This document shows, piece after piece, positions 1 through 21,877 of a stretch of DNA of 64,000 nt (the stretch's first letter is position 1; every line of letters starts with the position of its first letter). The translations under genes were made by a program, and so were the position numbers. The DNA is from Macrostomum lignano (lineage: Eukaryota), in NCBI GenBank assembly GCA_002269645.1, contig NIVC01000219.1:208532-272531 (forward strand), given 5' to 3'. The notes below the pieces were generated by a model. That model saw only the letters and a list, made by a program, of their open reading frames with translations, made no database searches and was not told the DNA's origin.

Positions 1-28
1 CTGGCGCCTCTGGTGCTGGCGCCTCTGG
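1..28 (-). repeat. End of a 15-bp GGCGCCAGCACCAGA minisatellite in a LOXHD1-like intron
   Basis: Reverse complement of the unit at 4496-5029. Confidence 0.75.
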
Positions 29-86
29 ACAATCATAGCTGCTAGAGACGATAATACCCTACTCAAAAAGCAACTCAAATTGTCAG

Positions 87-1705
87 GTACGAATTCCCCT
101 GCGGCAACTGGCTATCGCTGAGAGATTCCGGCCTGATCAAGCGAGACCTGCTGTGCGACGCGCCCCCAGGCGAGGACCTGACGCGCGACCTGGAAGACCC
201 GAAGCGGAAGGTCACCTACGAGATCACGGTGCAAACTGGCGACAAGAAAGACGCTGGAATGCCGCACGACGCCTTCCTGTTCCTCGAGGGCGACCTGGAC
301 GTGATGACTGGCGAGTTTATCATGGCAAACTCGCTGGATGGCGAGCGATTCGCGCGCGGCTCAAGCGACACGTTCCGGATGAAGCACCGGAATCTGGGCC
401 GTCTGCAAACGCTACGTATTGGGGCAGTAGACAATGGCGCCGGCGATAGGAAAGGCTACGGAGACCGAGGCGCTCGGGGACGTCGGCGAGACTCTCAAGC
501 TACGGACGGAGCGTCGGGAACCCCAAAGCAGCAGTGGAACGTGTTCAGCGTCTCGGTGCTGGACACTGGCACGGGCACGCAGTACAGCTTCCCGGTGAAC
601 AAGTGGGTGCCAGTTGAGCACGACGTTCGGCGCAAAGGCGGCGTCACGGCCGAAGTGGACGAAATCAAGGAGACTTCAACGAAGGCCAGACTAGCAAAGA
701 AGAGAGGTAATGTAGAGAGTTCATTTCTGAAAACCATCGTTAGATTTCGGAAAACAGTCGATTGATTTTTTAATTTCTCTTCTACACGCCCTGTAGATCT
801 GAAGATCGTTCGCTACGACGTCGAAGTTCACACTGGCGAAGAGTTCGGTAGCGGCACCAACGCCAACGTGTCAATCAATCTCATCGGAGAGAACGGCGAG
901 CTCGGCATGACTCCATTGAAGCAGAAAAATCGCGACCTATTCGAAAGAAAACAGGTCGACCGATTCCCAATTGAGTGCAGCGATTTGGGTAAGGCGAACT
1001 GGCTATTTTTTTGCTAAAATGCTTTTTCGCTACTGTTAGTAGACTAAATGGACTGACCGTGAAATTTCGAATGTAAAGTGCAATAAAGTGTAATGTAAAA
1101 TGTAAAGGAGTTTCCAGAAACTTGGATCGGATCTATAGAATTCTTTAAAGTAATGACAATCTCTACGTCATTCGTTTAACTTCGAAAAACTGCACAATTT
1201 TCTTCTGCTAGAGTACATTTCTTTCGATACATATCGGGAGCATTGATATAGCGCAAACTAAATGCATGTATATGTGTAAAGTAGATCTAATAATTGTTCC
1301 AGTAACATACCCATATGAAAGCCTTTAAGTGTTAGGGGTAGCCACCATCTGGTAGCAAGCATGCAGTAGCGCATCCATTACCATACAATAATTATAACTA
1401 TTTGAATACAGTTGGAATCGAACCTGGGTCCTTCCCGTATGTTTCCATATCCGATACAAGCGCTCTGCCACACGTCTTTAGCATAAAAAACAAATGCCCC
1501 CCCACGGCACGCATTCGCAGGTGAGTTGAAGAAGATTCGCATTGAGCACGACAACACAGGATTCCGGCCCGACTGGCTGCTGTCCAAGGTGATCGTGCGG
1601 GACTCCAGCAGCGGCCGTGTCTGGAACTTCAACTGCAACCAGTGGCTGTCAACGAAGAAAGGCGACATGCAGTTGTTTAAAGAGTTGTACCCGTCTCCGG
1701 CTTAA
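87..1705 (+). CDS. LOXHD1: Lipoxygenase homology (PLAT) domain-containing protein, LOXHD1-like, last three exons; gene begins upstream of the window
   Basis: Exons 87-706, 797-988, 1521-1705 join in frame at GT-AG sites. They give tandem PLAT motifs: YEFPCGNWL, VTYEITVQTGDKKDAG, YDVEVHTGEEFGSGTNANVSINLIGENG, LGELKKIRIEHDNTGFRPDWLLSKVIV, FNCNQWLS. Stop TAA at 1703-1705. Confidence 0.8.
1405..1477 (-). mobile_element. Degenerate tRNA-like or SINE head in an intron
   Basis: Perfect B-box GGTTCGATTCC (1414-1424 on - strand) with an A-box-like TGGCAGAGCG upstream; no clean cloverleaf. Confidence 0.4.
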
Positions 1706-2802
1706 AGCCCCAAGGGGTGAAGTGGAAAAGCATAAAAAACTAAAATGCGATCGTTATCGAATTAACAAACAGTGGCTTAGTTAAGTTTTCACGACATGCT
1801 GTATTCTATACAATATGTTTTCGTAAACTATTTGGTATACTACACTACTGTGAGTAGCTGGTTCGCGAATGGATATTCATTTTGCATACGATTAAAATGT
1901 CTTTATCCACTTTATATTTGCCTCTTTGGTCGACGCAGATTTACTAAATTCTTTGATTTAAACAAACTCTGCACAATTGTGAAACACAGATACGTCACTT
2001 ATTTATGTTATTGTCGCTTATTTTCAAAGTGAATATAATTTTTGCGTTTTTACTATTTATAGTAGTAAGTTTACATGTACCTTGTAATTTTTACTGATTT
2101 CGCCACATAGTTAACATTATTTACGGATGTGTGATATTTCGCACCTTTCTACTAACTACAATAATTTATTGAACTTCTGCTGATTAACTGTGGCCTTCGT
2201 GACAACAAGTTATATTAGAGCAGCTTAATATTTAATCCTTTCCGTCTGCCTCAGGTTGTGCCTCCTCTTTTAGTGTCTTCTTAGTGTTTTTCAATGGCTT
2301 TAATTCTATCGGGGAAGACTAGATTGTTTAAAATTAATATTAGCACTACCTACTACAAGTAGATAATATGAAAGTAAAACACCGAGCATTACCAAAACAT
2401 GCTGTATACATCTGGAATGTTTTTGATTTAGCAGCTTAAGTTACAATTTTGTCATTTCTATCTTACTACTTTTTGACAATCTTTTGGATAGAAGTGAATC
2501 CAAACACAACACACTTATTTAATTAAATTTATACGGAATTGAATATTTTTTAATAAGTCTTTAGCAAAATCCTGTCAAGATTATATTTTGCTCGTGGTAT
2601 AAACACGAAGGTGTTTAAAATATAGGAAAAAAAGAGTGTTTGCCTTATTTTTTTATTTATAATTAATGTTCCACTAACAAATATTTTAAGCAACTTTTAT
2701 CAATAATGATCTTTGTCTTTATAAAATAAATTCTTTCTAGCAGGACAACTTTTGTTAAAATATTTCCTGCTTTGTTTTACCATGAAAAAAAAGAAACTCG
2801 CC

Positions 2803-3500
2803 TTATTGTTATTATTATTATTAAACAGACGCTGGCTCAGGGGTCAGCGAAGCACCGGCTGGTGGAAAACAGCTGAGTCCAGCCTAGCTGCAGACTGAGG
2901 AGAAGGCCCAGAGCCTGCAAGTCAGTGAGAAAGGTGTCAGTCAGAGTGGTGTAGCGCGCCTGGCCCCGGTGGAGTCTCCCACAAGGCGGGCTGAGGCAGC
3001 AGGTCAGCGAGCGGGGGCCCGGTGCCCCGTGTGTGGGCCCGCAGGCAGTGGCCGATCAACATCTGGCGTCGCCTCTGCAAGGTGCGGCCCAGGCACGGCA
3101 CGCGGGTCCGGGCCATCAGTTCAGCGTTGCTCACGCGCTCGGGGAACCGGATGCCCAGGGCATTGCGCAGGAGGTGGCGATGGCAGGCCTCCAAGCTCGC
3201 CTCACGAGTGGCAGTCATGGGAACAGCTTCCAGCCCGTAGGTCAGCACCGTCTCAACTGCCGAGCGGAAGAGGGGCGACCTTCAGGCTGTCGGAGGCGAG
3301 TCTGCAGTTGAAGATGGAGCGGATCGAGAAGGTGGGAGGCCCGCCACGCCAGCTGCTTGCAGTTGTTGACATGGCATCCGGGTCAGTGACCAGGACGCCC
3401 AGATATTTGGACTGGTTGCACAGGGCGATGTTGTTGCGGTGGAGAGTTGGCAATGCCAACATGCAGCATCTGCCTTGCCGTCTTCAAACTTGGCTTACGA
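2803..3500 (-). mobile_element. 5'-truncated, degraded non-LTR retrotransposon (RTE-like LINE) 3' end
   Basis: Frameshifted RT C-terminal motifs (KYLGVLV...; AVETVLTYGLEAVPMT...; VSNAELMARTRVPCLGRTLQRRRQMLIGHCLR) followed by an (AAT)n tail at 2803-2823. GC-rich island in AT-rich DNA. Confidence 0.75.
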
Positions 3501-4078
3501 GTTATCAATAGTCCATTAATGGGGTATTCAAGGACAACGAAAACAACGTATCCTTCTACTCGTACTTTAGTAGTCCTTGGGGGTGGTATTTTCCCGAATA
3601 ATTTATTCGAAGCTACCCGAATAATTATACTATTATAAAAACGAAAAGTCTACATGCATGTCCTAAAAATTGACTCAAAAATTGATTTGTGCTGTCTGTG
3701 CTCGATAGTCCGAGAAATCTTGGTATCCAATTTGATCTTAAAATGATAAAAATATATACTATAAGGTAAATCAATATTCTTGCATAATATTATATTATTT
3801 GCATTATTCATATTATCTTTATATTGTTTAAATTGATAAATACGTTTCTAATAATATAAAAAGACATTTAAATACACATGCGGGGTCCTGGCAAACTTTT
3901 TGTTAAGTAGCAGTCGAGAATTACTATAAAAGTTGTGCATTTTTTCTGGTCTACTAATAGTAGTACAATAAAGAACAAATGTTATTTAAAAGGCATTTAA
4001 ATTCATTCGAGGTTTGAGTCGGTGTAGAGTGGAGTAAACTTGGACAGTTACTTGGGGCAACTCATATTCGCTTCAATA

Positions 4079-12004
<7,926 letters not shown>

Positions 12005-12584
12005 TGCATTTGACGAACAATTATAATTAAAATATTCCGCAGAAATTTCCGAAGCGATTTATTTTGAAACACGCAGCACATTTATAGCTGTTGTATAGTG
12101 CCTGTCAGCCAACCAATGAGACTGAGGTTACCAACACGCATAGAAAAGCCTTCAGATCCCATTTTTTCATACTATACTACTTCTAATAGGAGATTCAGTT
12201 CACGACATGTACATTTAGTTCATTGGTACTCCTGAAGAATTCTAACAATCGTTTATTTTTTATCGCTATTTTTTTCAACAGAAAACTCACATATTCACGG
12301 TTTCGTTTAAACTGTGTACGAAAGTCGGCATGTAGCAATAACTCCGAGGAAAATGCTTGTTAATTTAATCAATATGCTTCTAAGAGCTATATTGTAAATA
12401 GAATATGGATTTATGAAAGGCAATCCATCTATCAGACTGCAATTTGCTGAACAAAAACATGGCATAATTGGATTATTATTCCAGCATGCATGTAAATGTT
12501 TCAACAAAATCATCCATTAATCATTCACTACTTTACTAGTATCACAGATGACTTGCTCCAAGTCAGTTGATATGGCTCCATCAG

Positions 12585-13615
<1,031 letters not shown>

Positions 13616-14157
13616 ACAGACACAGACAGGTGGGCAGGCAGATGGGCAAGCAGCTTGGCCAGCAGATTCATTACAAAAAGTCTGTTTGCATACCGGTAGG
13701 AGCATTGTTGTTGCATGAAAGGATGTAGTCCAGGAACAAGTTAAACATGGATATTGAGCAAACAGTCACATTCATTGTCAACTCATGATAATTAGCACGT
13801 TCAACCTATGACTCCCAACATGTAGAGCTGCATTTTTACACTGATTCTTCCGTTGTGTCAACTTTGAATACTCGTAGCTTCGACCGGCCGTTTGGAAAAC
13901 TGGGATGAACAATCCATCCAAGCATGTTTACTCAGCACACTGACAGAACTGGTCGTGTGAAATTTAAAGGCTTCTTCGGGTACAAATGCAGCCCTGAGCT
14001 GAGCAGGATTTGCTTCGGAAGCGATAAGTCCTATTGTTTGTTATACACCAATCGGAACACGTGTAGCTTTGCTTAAATACACCTGTCGGCCTGTCACGTC
14101 TCGTTTTTGAGTACGTAATTTGTCGTAGGATTGATTCTCAAGTGCTATCAATCCACA

Positions 14158-15126
14158 ATGTCGTCATCGTTGCTGTTGCTGCTTCTACTGTTTCTGCTGC
14201 ATTGCCAGTCAGCTGGCACCAGCAACTGTCCGCCGCTGGGGCGCACGTGCACGACTTTCAACTCGATGCCGTTGTGTCCGAAAACAGATGACGATACAAC
14301 CGGGACTCGCGTCAAGTATGAGTCTAAACCGAGCTGCGTTTACCGGTGTGCCATCGATCAGGCCTGCTCAGCCGTGCACATCAGTGCCGAGCAGTCCAAA
14401 TGCTTGCTGGCTACATCAGCTCAATGGCAGGACAACTGGTTGAACTTCAGCTCGAGGTGCAGCTCTCTGTTCAAGCGGCTAGCGGCTCCGCAGAAGAGCG
14501 GTCTTGCCGAAGGCTTAGTCGCGTGGTACAACTTTCGCTATTCGCTGCTAAATCTGGCTGACGAGAACGTGCTGACGTCAAGCTTAACAACCGCGTCACA
14601 AAGGAAGGCTTCTGGTGCAATTCTGAACGGTCGCAGTGGAAGCTGCATCCGCGTGTCGGTGCCAAACGGCCTGCAGAATATTGCGGGCCCGGCTGGTGAG
14701 TTCAGCTACTACGTGAAGGCGGAGCGAGACTACAAGGCCAGCACTTACTATATGCGCGCTTCTTCTAGCTCAGCCGAATCGAGCGTTGAAGCCTTCCTAA
14801 TGGAGTCGAACCGTAGAATTGTCTTTGGAAATGCCAAGGTCAGTGCTTACGGACAGGAAACTGGTCAAATCACTGATTCTGGAACCGCTACCGTGTCCAT
14901 AGGTGTCACTTACGGAGTAGCTTTCAGTGCCTACTACAATGGAAGGCGACTTGTCGTTGGTAGCACTGGGACAAGGCTTCAATCTGTCCGTGCTGGAACC
15001 GACGTCCTTCTCGGATGCAAGCACAATGACGCATCGAAGACTCTGAGTGGAAGAATTCTGTGCTTTGGCCTCTGGAATAGAAGCTTGTCGATGAGTGATT
15101 TTGAAAATCTCGGCGGTGAATGCTGA
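14158..15126 (+). CDS. Intronless secreted protein: signal peptide, PAN/apple-like Cys domain, LamG/concanavalin-A-like domain (322 aa)
   Basis: ATG 14158, hydrophobic leader (SSSLLLLLLLFLLHCQS), SCVYRCAIDQACSAVH...SKCLL cysteine spacing, then GLVAWYNF...ILNG...IGVTY...AYYNG...VLLG...LSGRILCFGLWNRSLS typical of ConA-like lectin/LamG folds. Domain names are by motif recall, not by search. Confidence 0.7.
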   Translation: MSSSLLLLLLLFLLHCQSAGTSNCPPLGRTCTTFNSMPLCPKTDDDTTGTRVKYESKPSCVYRCAIDQACSAVHISAEQSKCLLATSAQWQDNWLNFSSRCSSLFKRLAAPQKSGLAEGLVAWYNFRYSLLNLADENVLTSSLTTASQRKASGAILNGRSGSCIRVSVPNGLQNIAGPAGEFSYYVKAERDYKASTYYMRASSSSAESSVEAFLMESNRRIVFGNAKVSAYGQETGQITDSGTATVSIGVTYGVAFSAYYNGRRLVVGSTGTRLQSVRAGTDVLLGCKHNDASKTLSGRILCFGLWNRSLSMSDFENLGGEC

Positions 15127-15636
15127 TGCATGCTGGTTGTCGATTCATCTTTAGCTTAACTTTCAGCGTCTGAGCGGCTTAACACTAGCGCTGCAGTTGT
15201 GTGTTTTTTCTTTCACGATTTTATTTATCCCTCTCGGACTTTATTAGAAACCTTACTTTTTGGGACAAGTTTGGGATAATGCAGACCGAATATTTTCTAC
15301 AGCACTGAGAATATGGATCCCAGAGTTTGAATCTACTCTATCTCATCAGAGACCATTGATTGTGTTACATCGTGACCACAGATCCTACAATAAGAACGCA
15401 AGATGGGTCAACTCAAATGACTGTTTTGCCTCACGATTGTTCCACTAGCCTGACAACTGTTGTTTCTATGCCTCAAATTGATGCGATACATGAACTTCAT
15501 GTATTTTATTGACGTTGAAATTCGCTAAAACAACTTGATTCAATGTTGATAGTTCTTATTTTTACTACATGGATGGTTAAACATGGTTTCTATGAGACAT
15601 TGCTGCTGAAAATTTGGCATAATTTGTGCTGATTTC

Positions 15637-15836
15637 TATGGCCGAAGTACAAAACTTGCTTGCCTTTACCGCTCGGACTTACAACTGAGGGGGGTTCGAT
15701 TCTCGACCCACTCAGAACAATTTGTGTCCTTGAGCTCAAGACACTTAACTCTGCATTGCTTCAGTTCACCCAGCTGTAAAATGGGTGCCAGCATTAGCTG
15801 GGATAATTGAAGGTGTGTGTGGCGACCCCCAAGTCC
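15637..15836 (+). mobile_element. tRNA-headed SINE with CORE-like central domain
   Basis: B-box GGTTCGATTCT then GTGTCCTTGAGC..AAGACACTTAAC...CAGCTGTAAAATGGGT; second copy at 55578-55768 on the - strand. Confidence 0.75.
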
Positions 15837-16279
15837 TTGGACTGAACAGCCCAAGTCCTTGGACTGAACAGCCGTACGCAGCGAGTTTTCAGATTCGCTG
15901 CGCGATAGCTGCGGCTGATCGCTGTTGGTTGCATATCATCCCATTAGGACAGGTGTACTCAATTACATGTATGTATTATTATTATTATTTCAAGCGCCAC
16001 ACAGATCCATGGCAGGCAGAAATTGAAATGAGCTGTTTTTTCAGAGCTTTGCAATTGTCTTTGCTATTGATCGAGAAATTCATTCTTTTCACGGAGCTGC
16101 TCAAAGGCTTGCTAAGATTAAACATAATGCATTCAAAAGCCAATCATCTTTAAACAGAAACGACCTGGTTTTTAATTTTAACAAGATGTTTTTCTCGTCA
16201 TATTGCTTAAAATTGGCATGTTAAAAATGCAAAATCAATTTTCGCAATTGCCTCCGGTTTCTATAAGAATATTTTCCTT

Positions 16280-16520
16280 TTGCAAATAGGGTGCGCCCTC
16301 TGCCCCAGTCGACGTCCCAGCCCCGGTTCTCGGCCATTTATTACATGTAGGTTCAGCGTCATGTCGCCGCCCCGTACTCGGCCTCCGAGTCCCGAACCAG
16401 CGCTTCGTCCATGTACACATCGACCTGCTGGGGCCATTGCCGCCTTCGCAAGATATTTGACCTATTCACCAGATGGGCGGAGGCAATCCCAACGGTCGAC
16501 ACCTGCATGTATCACATGTA
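16280..16520 (+). pseudogene. Degenerate Gypsy-type integrase core fragment
   Basis: RFVHVHIDLLGPLPPS and, after a frameshift, DLFTRWAEAIP match the Gypsy integrase motifs RFxHVHIDLVGPLP and DRFTRWPEAIP. Confidence 0.7.
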
Positions 16521-16774
16521 CTTTATAACTCCGCATGCAGTACTGTACGTCCCTGCACCTGCTGCCTTTAATTGTGAGGACCCAGTGGATCGCCAGGTTC
16601 GGCGTGCAGAACTACATGTACATCACTTTGGACTGCACCTCCCTGCAGTTCACAGCAAGCTTTGGTCTAACTTAACGTCTGATGACTTCACGCCACTGTC
16701 TGCGCACCTCCATGTGTGCTTAATTATAATGCTCCCATGCATAACTGTGCCACCTACACATGTAGCTGCTTAGC

Positions 16775-17005
16775 GTTATGATATTTCGGGTTTGTGATAT
16801 TTTCTCAATCGGGTTTATGATGGGCGTTGCTAACACTTTGGGAGTTATGATATTTCGGGTTTGTGATATTTTCTCAATCGGGTTTATGATGGGCGTTGCT
16901 AACACTTTCGGAGTTATGATATTTCGGGTTTGTGATATTTTCTCAATCGCGTTTATGATGGGCGTTGCTAACACTTTCGGAGTTATGATATTTTGGGTTC
17001 ATGAT
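16775..17005 (+). repeat. 69-bp tandem repeat x ~3.3
   Basis: Unit starts at 16775, 16844, 16913, 16982. Confidence 0.9.
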
Positions 17006-17051
17006 GGGCAATGCTATTTTAGTTTTCGGAGTTGTAACTTTTCGGGGTGAT

Positions 17052-18877
17052 TGATGAGGACGCACTTTTTCCCAAATTCCACGCTAGCACATGGGCTCTA
17101 AACTTACTAGCCTACTAACAGTGGGCAATGGGCATTTTTATCCTTTTTCTGCGAATTTTCATAGAATCCATACTAGATATAATGTTTGGTCATACTAGTA
17201 GTCATAATAACAGGCGCAGCTTTTTGGGTCATAAATCATCGCTTTCGAAGCTGGTCTGACAGCCACCTGCGCCTCACTCAGTGTTGAGGCGGGCGCCAGA
17301 TGGTCTGAGGGGATGCGGGCGGTAGCTTTTTTCTCATCATTTTGACAGGCCATCAAGATTTATGAGGTCAGAGCCTATTGTTCGGATTCACTCAAGCGTG
17401 TGACAGCTTTGACAGCTATGCGTTTTACCCCTAAAAGTACCTTGGGATTAGCGATTAGCGATTTCTCTTCATTATCTTCACTTTCTATTTAATAAGAGCT
17501 TTCTAATGTATATTTTTTCATTAACTTTTGTCAATTCTACGCGAAAAGTCATAAAACATTTTGTTGCGATTTTGATTGATTTATGGCCGCACCTGTCATG
17601 TTTTTACGACCCTGTGGGAACTGATAGGATCTCCCGGTCACGTGATTCTGGGTGGCAACAAGCTTAGCCAATCAGAAAATTCGACGCTCATTTTCGGCTC
17701 AGCCAATCAGAATCGACGTGTCCCATTATAACAAACTGCGGTCCAGTTGGCGGCTATTTAAACCGGTGTTTTTCGCGCCGAGCGCCGATATCGATACGCG
17801 TATCGATCACCTAGTGATCGGGGCGCCATGCAGCCAATGAGAGGCGAGGAGGGTTGACACCCACCCCACCTCCAAAATCAACGGATTTTGGTGTCCATGT
17901 AGTGAGGCTACCTAGACTTGCTTGATTGGGTGATTCCTTATCTGTCCCCTGTTTCAGTAGCTGGATTAGGCGCACACTTTTGCTCATTTTGTTCAGCAGT
18001 GCTGTTGTTGAGGCAGAAGTCATTCAATAATACTGATAGTAGTCTAAAGCTCCAATTTAATCTGAGGTGTGAAGTGATTCAAGGAGAAGGTGAAATCTGA
18101 TAGTTATTTTTATCGGTTTTATTTCTTTGTTCGCCGATGGCTCAGATGAGCGGCTAAGCTACTAGGCGCCGGTCATAGTAGACCAATGGCAAGGCAGTTC
18201 TCAGTCGATCAATCTAACAAATCAGTTAGCGAAACTGCCAGTAGTGCAGAATCGGCGCCAGAGATGTACTTTGTGCACTCTAGGTTAGCCAAGCGGCTCG
18301 GGTGATGAATCATGCGGTCTCTGATGTTCGAGTTAGCCTATCATCAGCGCTAGGAGAGGCTAGTTGGCGCGTTGAAGGCCAAAAGTACAATTCCTCGTAT
18401 TTAGCAATGTAATAGTACATGTAGCTACCCCATAGACTCGCCACTGCAAGAATCCCCTGCACAAGTCCCCTGTACCTGCATGGCCAATGCGATCTAGTCC
18501 CAGTAGCGTCCCTTAACATCGGCTATGACTTCGAGATTGACAGCAAAAAGACACTAGTTGGCAGGTAAGTGCAAAGCCCCTTCTAGTCGGAAGCCCGATT
18601 TCGAGAGTCCCGGTGTGGTGAGCCAGGACGTACGGGCTGGTGGCAGCGAGCTAGCTAATCTGCGGATTAACTAATTTCTACCTTCAAAATCCTCCTTGCT
18701 TGTCTCTCGCTGTCCCTCTCTTAGCTATAGGACCTAGACTGCTCGCCACATGATCAAGCTACCATGGGGCTGACCATATCTGACAGGAGTGGGGGGCCAG
18801 GACTCTAATTGATTTATTTCTGAGACCTGAGGCCCGAAGGCTTCCCCACAAGGGGGCCGAAAGGCCGAAACCCATCA
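17052..18877. mobile_element. TGATG...CATCA element, copy 1 (1826 bp); solo LTR or non-autonomous TIR element
   Basis: TGAT duplication at 17048-17051 and 18878-18881; end-to-end similarity to 45205-47209; no coding capacity. Confidence 0.85.
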
Positions 18878-19384
18878 TGATGATGGCGACCCGACCCGGC
18901 GACCCCTAAACAGTCACACGCATACTATACTATACTTTTGGAAACCAATTGCAATGAACCGCTTTAACCATGCATGGCGGTATCCTTGCATTTGGAGACC
19001 CACCACACAATAAATTGATGTGTACATTGTCGTCTGTTTAATTTTTCAAACTTTCGTACTCGCAACATCGACTTCAATTTATGCTCCCAATTAATACCCC
19101 GAATTTTATTTAATTGGTTAATTTTGGTACTTCGAAAATTTTTTATAAATTTTTATAATATACTTTCAATTAAAATGACTGGTTGTTGAAAGCCTCTGGG
19201 ACATTAATTGGTAGAGCTATTTAGAACGCAGCTTGTTATTAGATGATACATCCGCCGGCCTATCATACTAGTAAAAAGGGCAAACTTGCATTGCAATATA
19301 TGCCAATTTGTCCTGACGAAGAGCCTAGAGGCTCGAAACCGGTAGCCTATCTAAAAAATATTTTAACACGCTGTGACCTCTCTT

Positions 19385-19424
<40 letters not shown>

Positions 19425-21095
19425 GTATTTTCCTCTTGCGAGCCTCTAAGTACTGTTAGAATATGCATGCAGCGACGATTAGAATACGTTTCAGTACGAT
19501 GTCCTTGTGTTATCTAGCTTCGCAGCGTCACGGCTAAAATTATGTCTAAAGTGATGTGATGGTTGATGGTTCCTAAAAAGAAGGAACGGTTAACGACGCC
19601 ATTTTCAGTTTTAAAGAAACAACAAAACAGAATGCCACAAATTAGCTAATAAAATGCTTAAAAATTAATTTTGCTATATAACATTATTCAAGGCATTTAA
19701 ATATTTTTACTGAAAAATTGGTTAATTATATGATATTTAATGCCGGAATTTTCGAATCAGCGGCTTGGCCGGCCGTATGTATTTAAACTGGCAAGTGGCT
19801 TGACTGGATCAGGGTCGCAATGTTATGATCTCAGCCCTCGCAGTCCTCGCAGCCCTCGCATATCACCAAAACCACAGTATGTTCGTGCCTTGTGCAATAT
19901 GCTACGGTTGGGCCTAGACTCAGCTCTGGAGAAAATCTTTTACACTTTTATGTACTATTTTAAATATGAAATCTGCTCGTAAAAATAGGCCATGGCTGTG
20001 TAAAGATAGCAATATTAAAGATTGATAGTTAATTACTAGGCCTAATTAACATCATCAAATAATTATTTGCTTTTTGAATATAAATTATGACAATCTTAAT
20101 TCTTAAGCCTACACAATTCTTGGAGTACCTGTTGTATTGACTTCTAACGGCCTACTTTGATATGTAGGCCTATACTAAAGCACTAAGCTAAGAGCCTGCC
20201 TAGTAGTAGTACAACCTAGGCCTAGTTGACTCTATCTAGAGACCCCTTGTATATGCCAAAATTCTCAATGACAAAGGCCACCTCTTGACAATGGTTCCTC
20301 ACAGGGTTTAAAATTTTGTGTCACTAATATTCCATAGCAAGGGGAAAGCCAAATTTGAAACAAACTTAAAACAAAGTCAAGCTCTCAATATAAATTAAAA
20401 ATTCATAATATTAATAATATATTTAGGCCTTAACTTTGGGTGTGGGTTATTTTGTTTAACTGTTAGTTTGTTTGCTCTCTGCTAGAGGTCCACGCTAGGG
20501 TAGGTAGGCAGGCCTAGGTTAGGCAATTTATCTGCTAGCTTGTATTGTTTCCAATGAAAAAATACCAAGTAATAAGGCAATAAAACATATCTTAGTATAC
20601 AGAGCAGTATTTGCTACAAAAAGCATCTATTTTTTTATTTAGTGCTACTTTTATTAAGATAAATATTGATTTATCTTAGGTCTTGAGTGTGCATTTTGAT
20701 TTTTAGTAGACATTTTGCATGAAGTAAGCGGTAGGCCTTGGCCTTATGAAGTTCATATAGTTTCTTAATGCATTTCTTTTAGCATTATATAAGTAAATAA
20801 ACTTATAATTAATATATTATAAAATCATATTTAAAAATAAAAGCTAAATTATATAGTATCATCTTTTTAAATTGTTATATAGCATGCCATAGTCCAAATC
20901 ATGCTAGGTGCACACGTGAACAAAAATAGTATATTTAGAAATGCATGCCAAATTTTTTTTGAGTGTATTATTATACTCTTAAATATATTCTGGTGTTGTG
21001 ACATTGAATAACCTTTTTTTTGAGTTGCATAGAAGACCTTTTTTGGCTAATAATTTGGTTGATTTTTTGCTTTTTTGTTTATACTATTTACAGTA

Positions 21096-21864
21096 TGTGA
21101 CAGGCCTTTTTGGCTCTGTCTTTCTAAACTTCTAACTATTAGTGTTTATTAAATATCCTACGAGCTGCCACCAAAGTTGTTACAGGCCTTTCACCTCTTA
21201 CTTTATCAATTTTAATCCCACCGATTTGCCAACTACAGTTATCCTGATTATACTTGCTTTTACTCCCTAACTATTTCTTAGAATTTCATTTAAATATTTC
21301 TGGGTAGCGTTCTTAGTAGCGTTTCTGGTAGCATTCTTAGTAGCGTTTCTGGTAGCTTATGGCTTGCTTTCTGGTAGCGTTCTAGTAGCTTATGGCCTGA
21401 GCGGTCTAGTACTGGTATATGTATTAGTGTATAGTCCTAATCGGGCGTTCACCGAGACTAGAGGGTCACGGCGCCTCTCTTGGTATATCTCCAAGAATTA
21501 GTCCCAATTCCCTTCTCTTAGCAAATTTCTTAGAATCGTTTCACAGGTTTTGCAAATAAATAAGTCGCTATTTAGCTCAAAGACTTTGAAATGGTTTAGA
21601 TTGAACTGCTTATTCTGTTCGCAATTATTTGCTCACGAGTAAAAGACAGTTAGAGTATATTTGTCGCGAAACCGCTCCTATATATAGTGATTTTCCCCAC
21701 ATACGATTAAAACAAAAAAATAATTCTCCAATTTATTTCGCGCATTAAAACAAACTATTATTTGGCGTTTGCGTAGATTCAGTTTCTAAGAAAGATTCGA
21801 ATATACAGTTATTACATTGAAAGAACATTCTAGTATACTATGATAAAGGCATAGCACTAGTACA
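21096..21864 (-). repeat. 3' LTR
   Basis: Near-identical to 25386-26154; on the - strand a TATATA precedes an AATAAA. Confidence 0.93.
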
Positions 21865-21877
21865 ACTTTCCTCCTCT
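21865..21877 (-). promoter_or_regulatory. Polypurine tract AGAGGAGGAAAGT
   Basis: Immediately 5' of the 3' LTR on the - strand. Confidence 0.85.

Noticed and set aside
18815-18877. GGCCGAAAGGCCGAAAC resembles hammerhead ribozyme stem II and core; element starts TGATGAG
   Set aside because: No CUGANGA in register before the stem and no stem I/III with an NUH site could be built; only a cluster of small hairpins. A covariance-model search would settle it.
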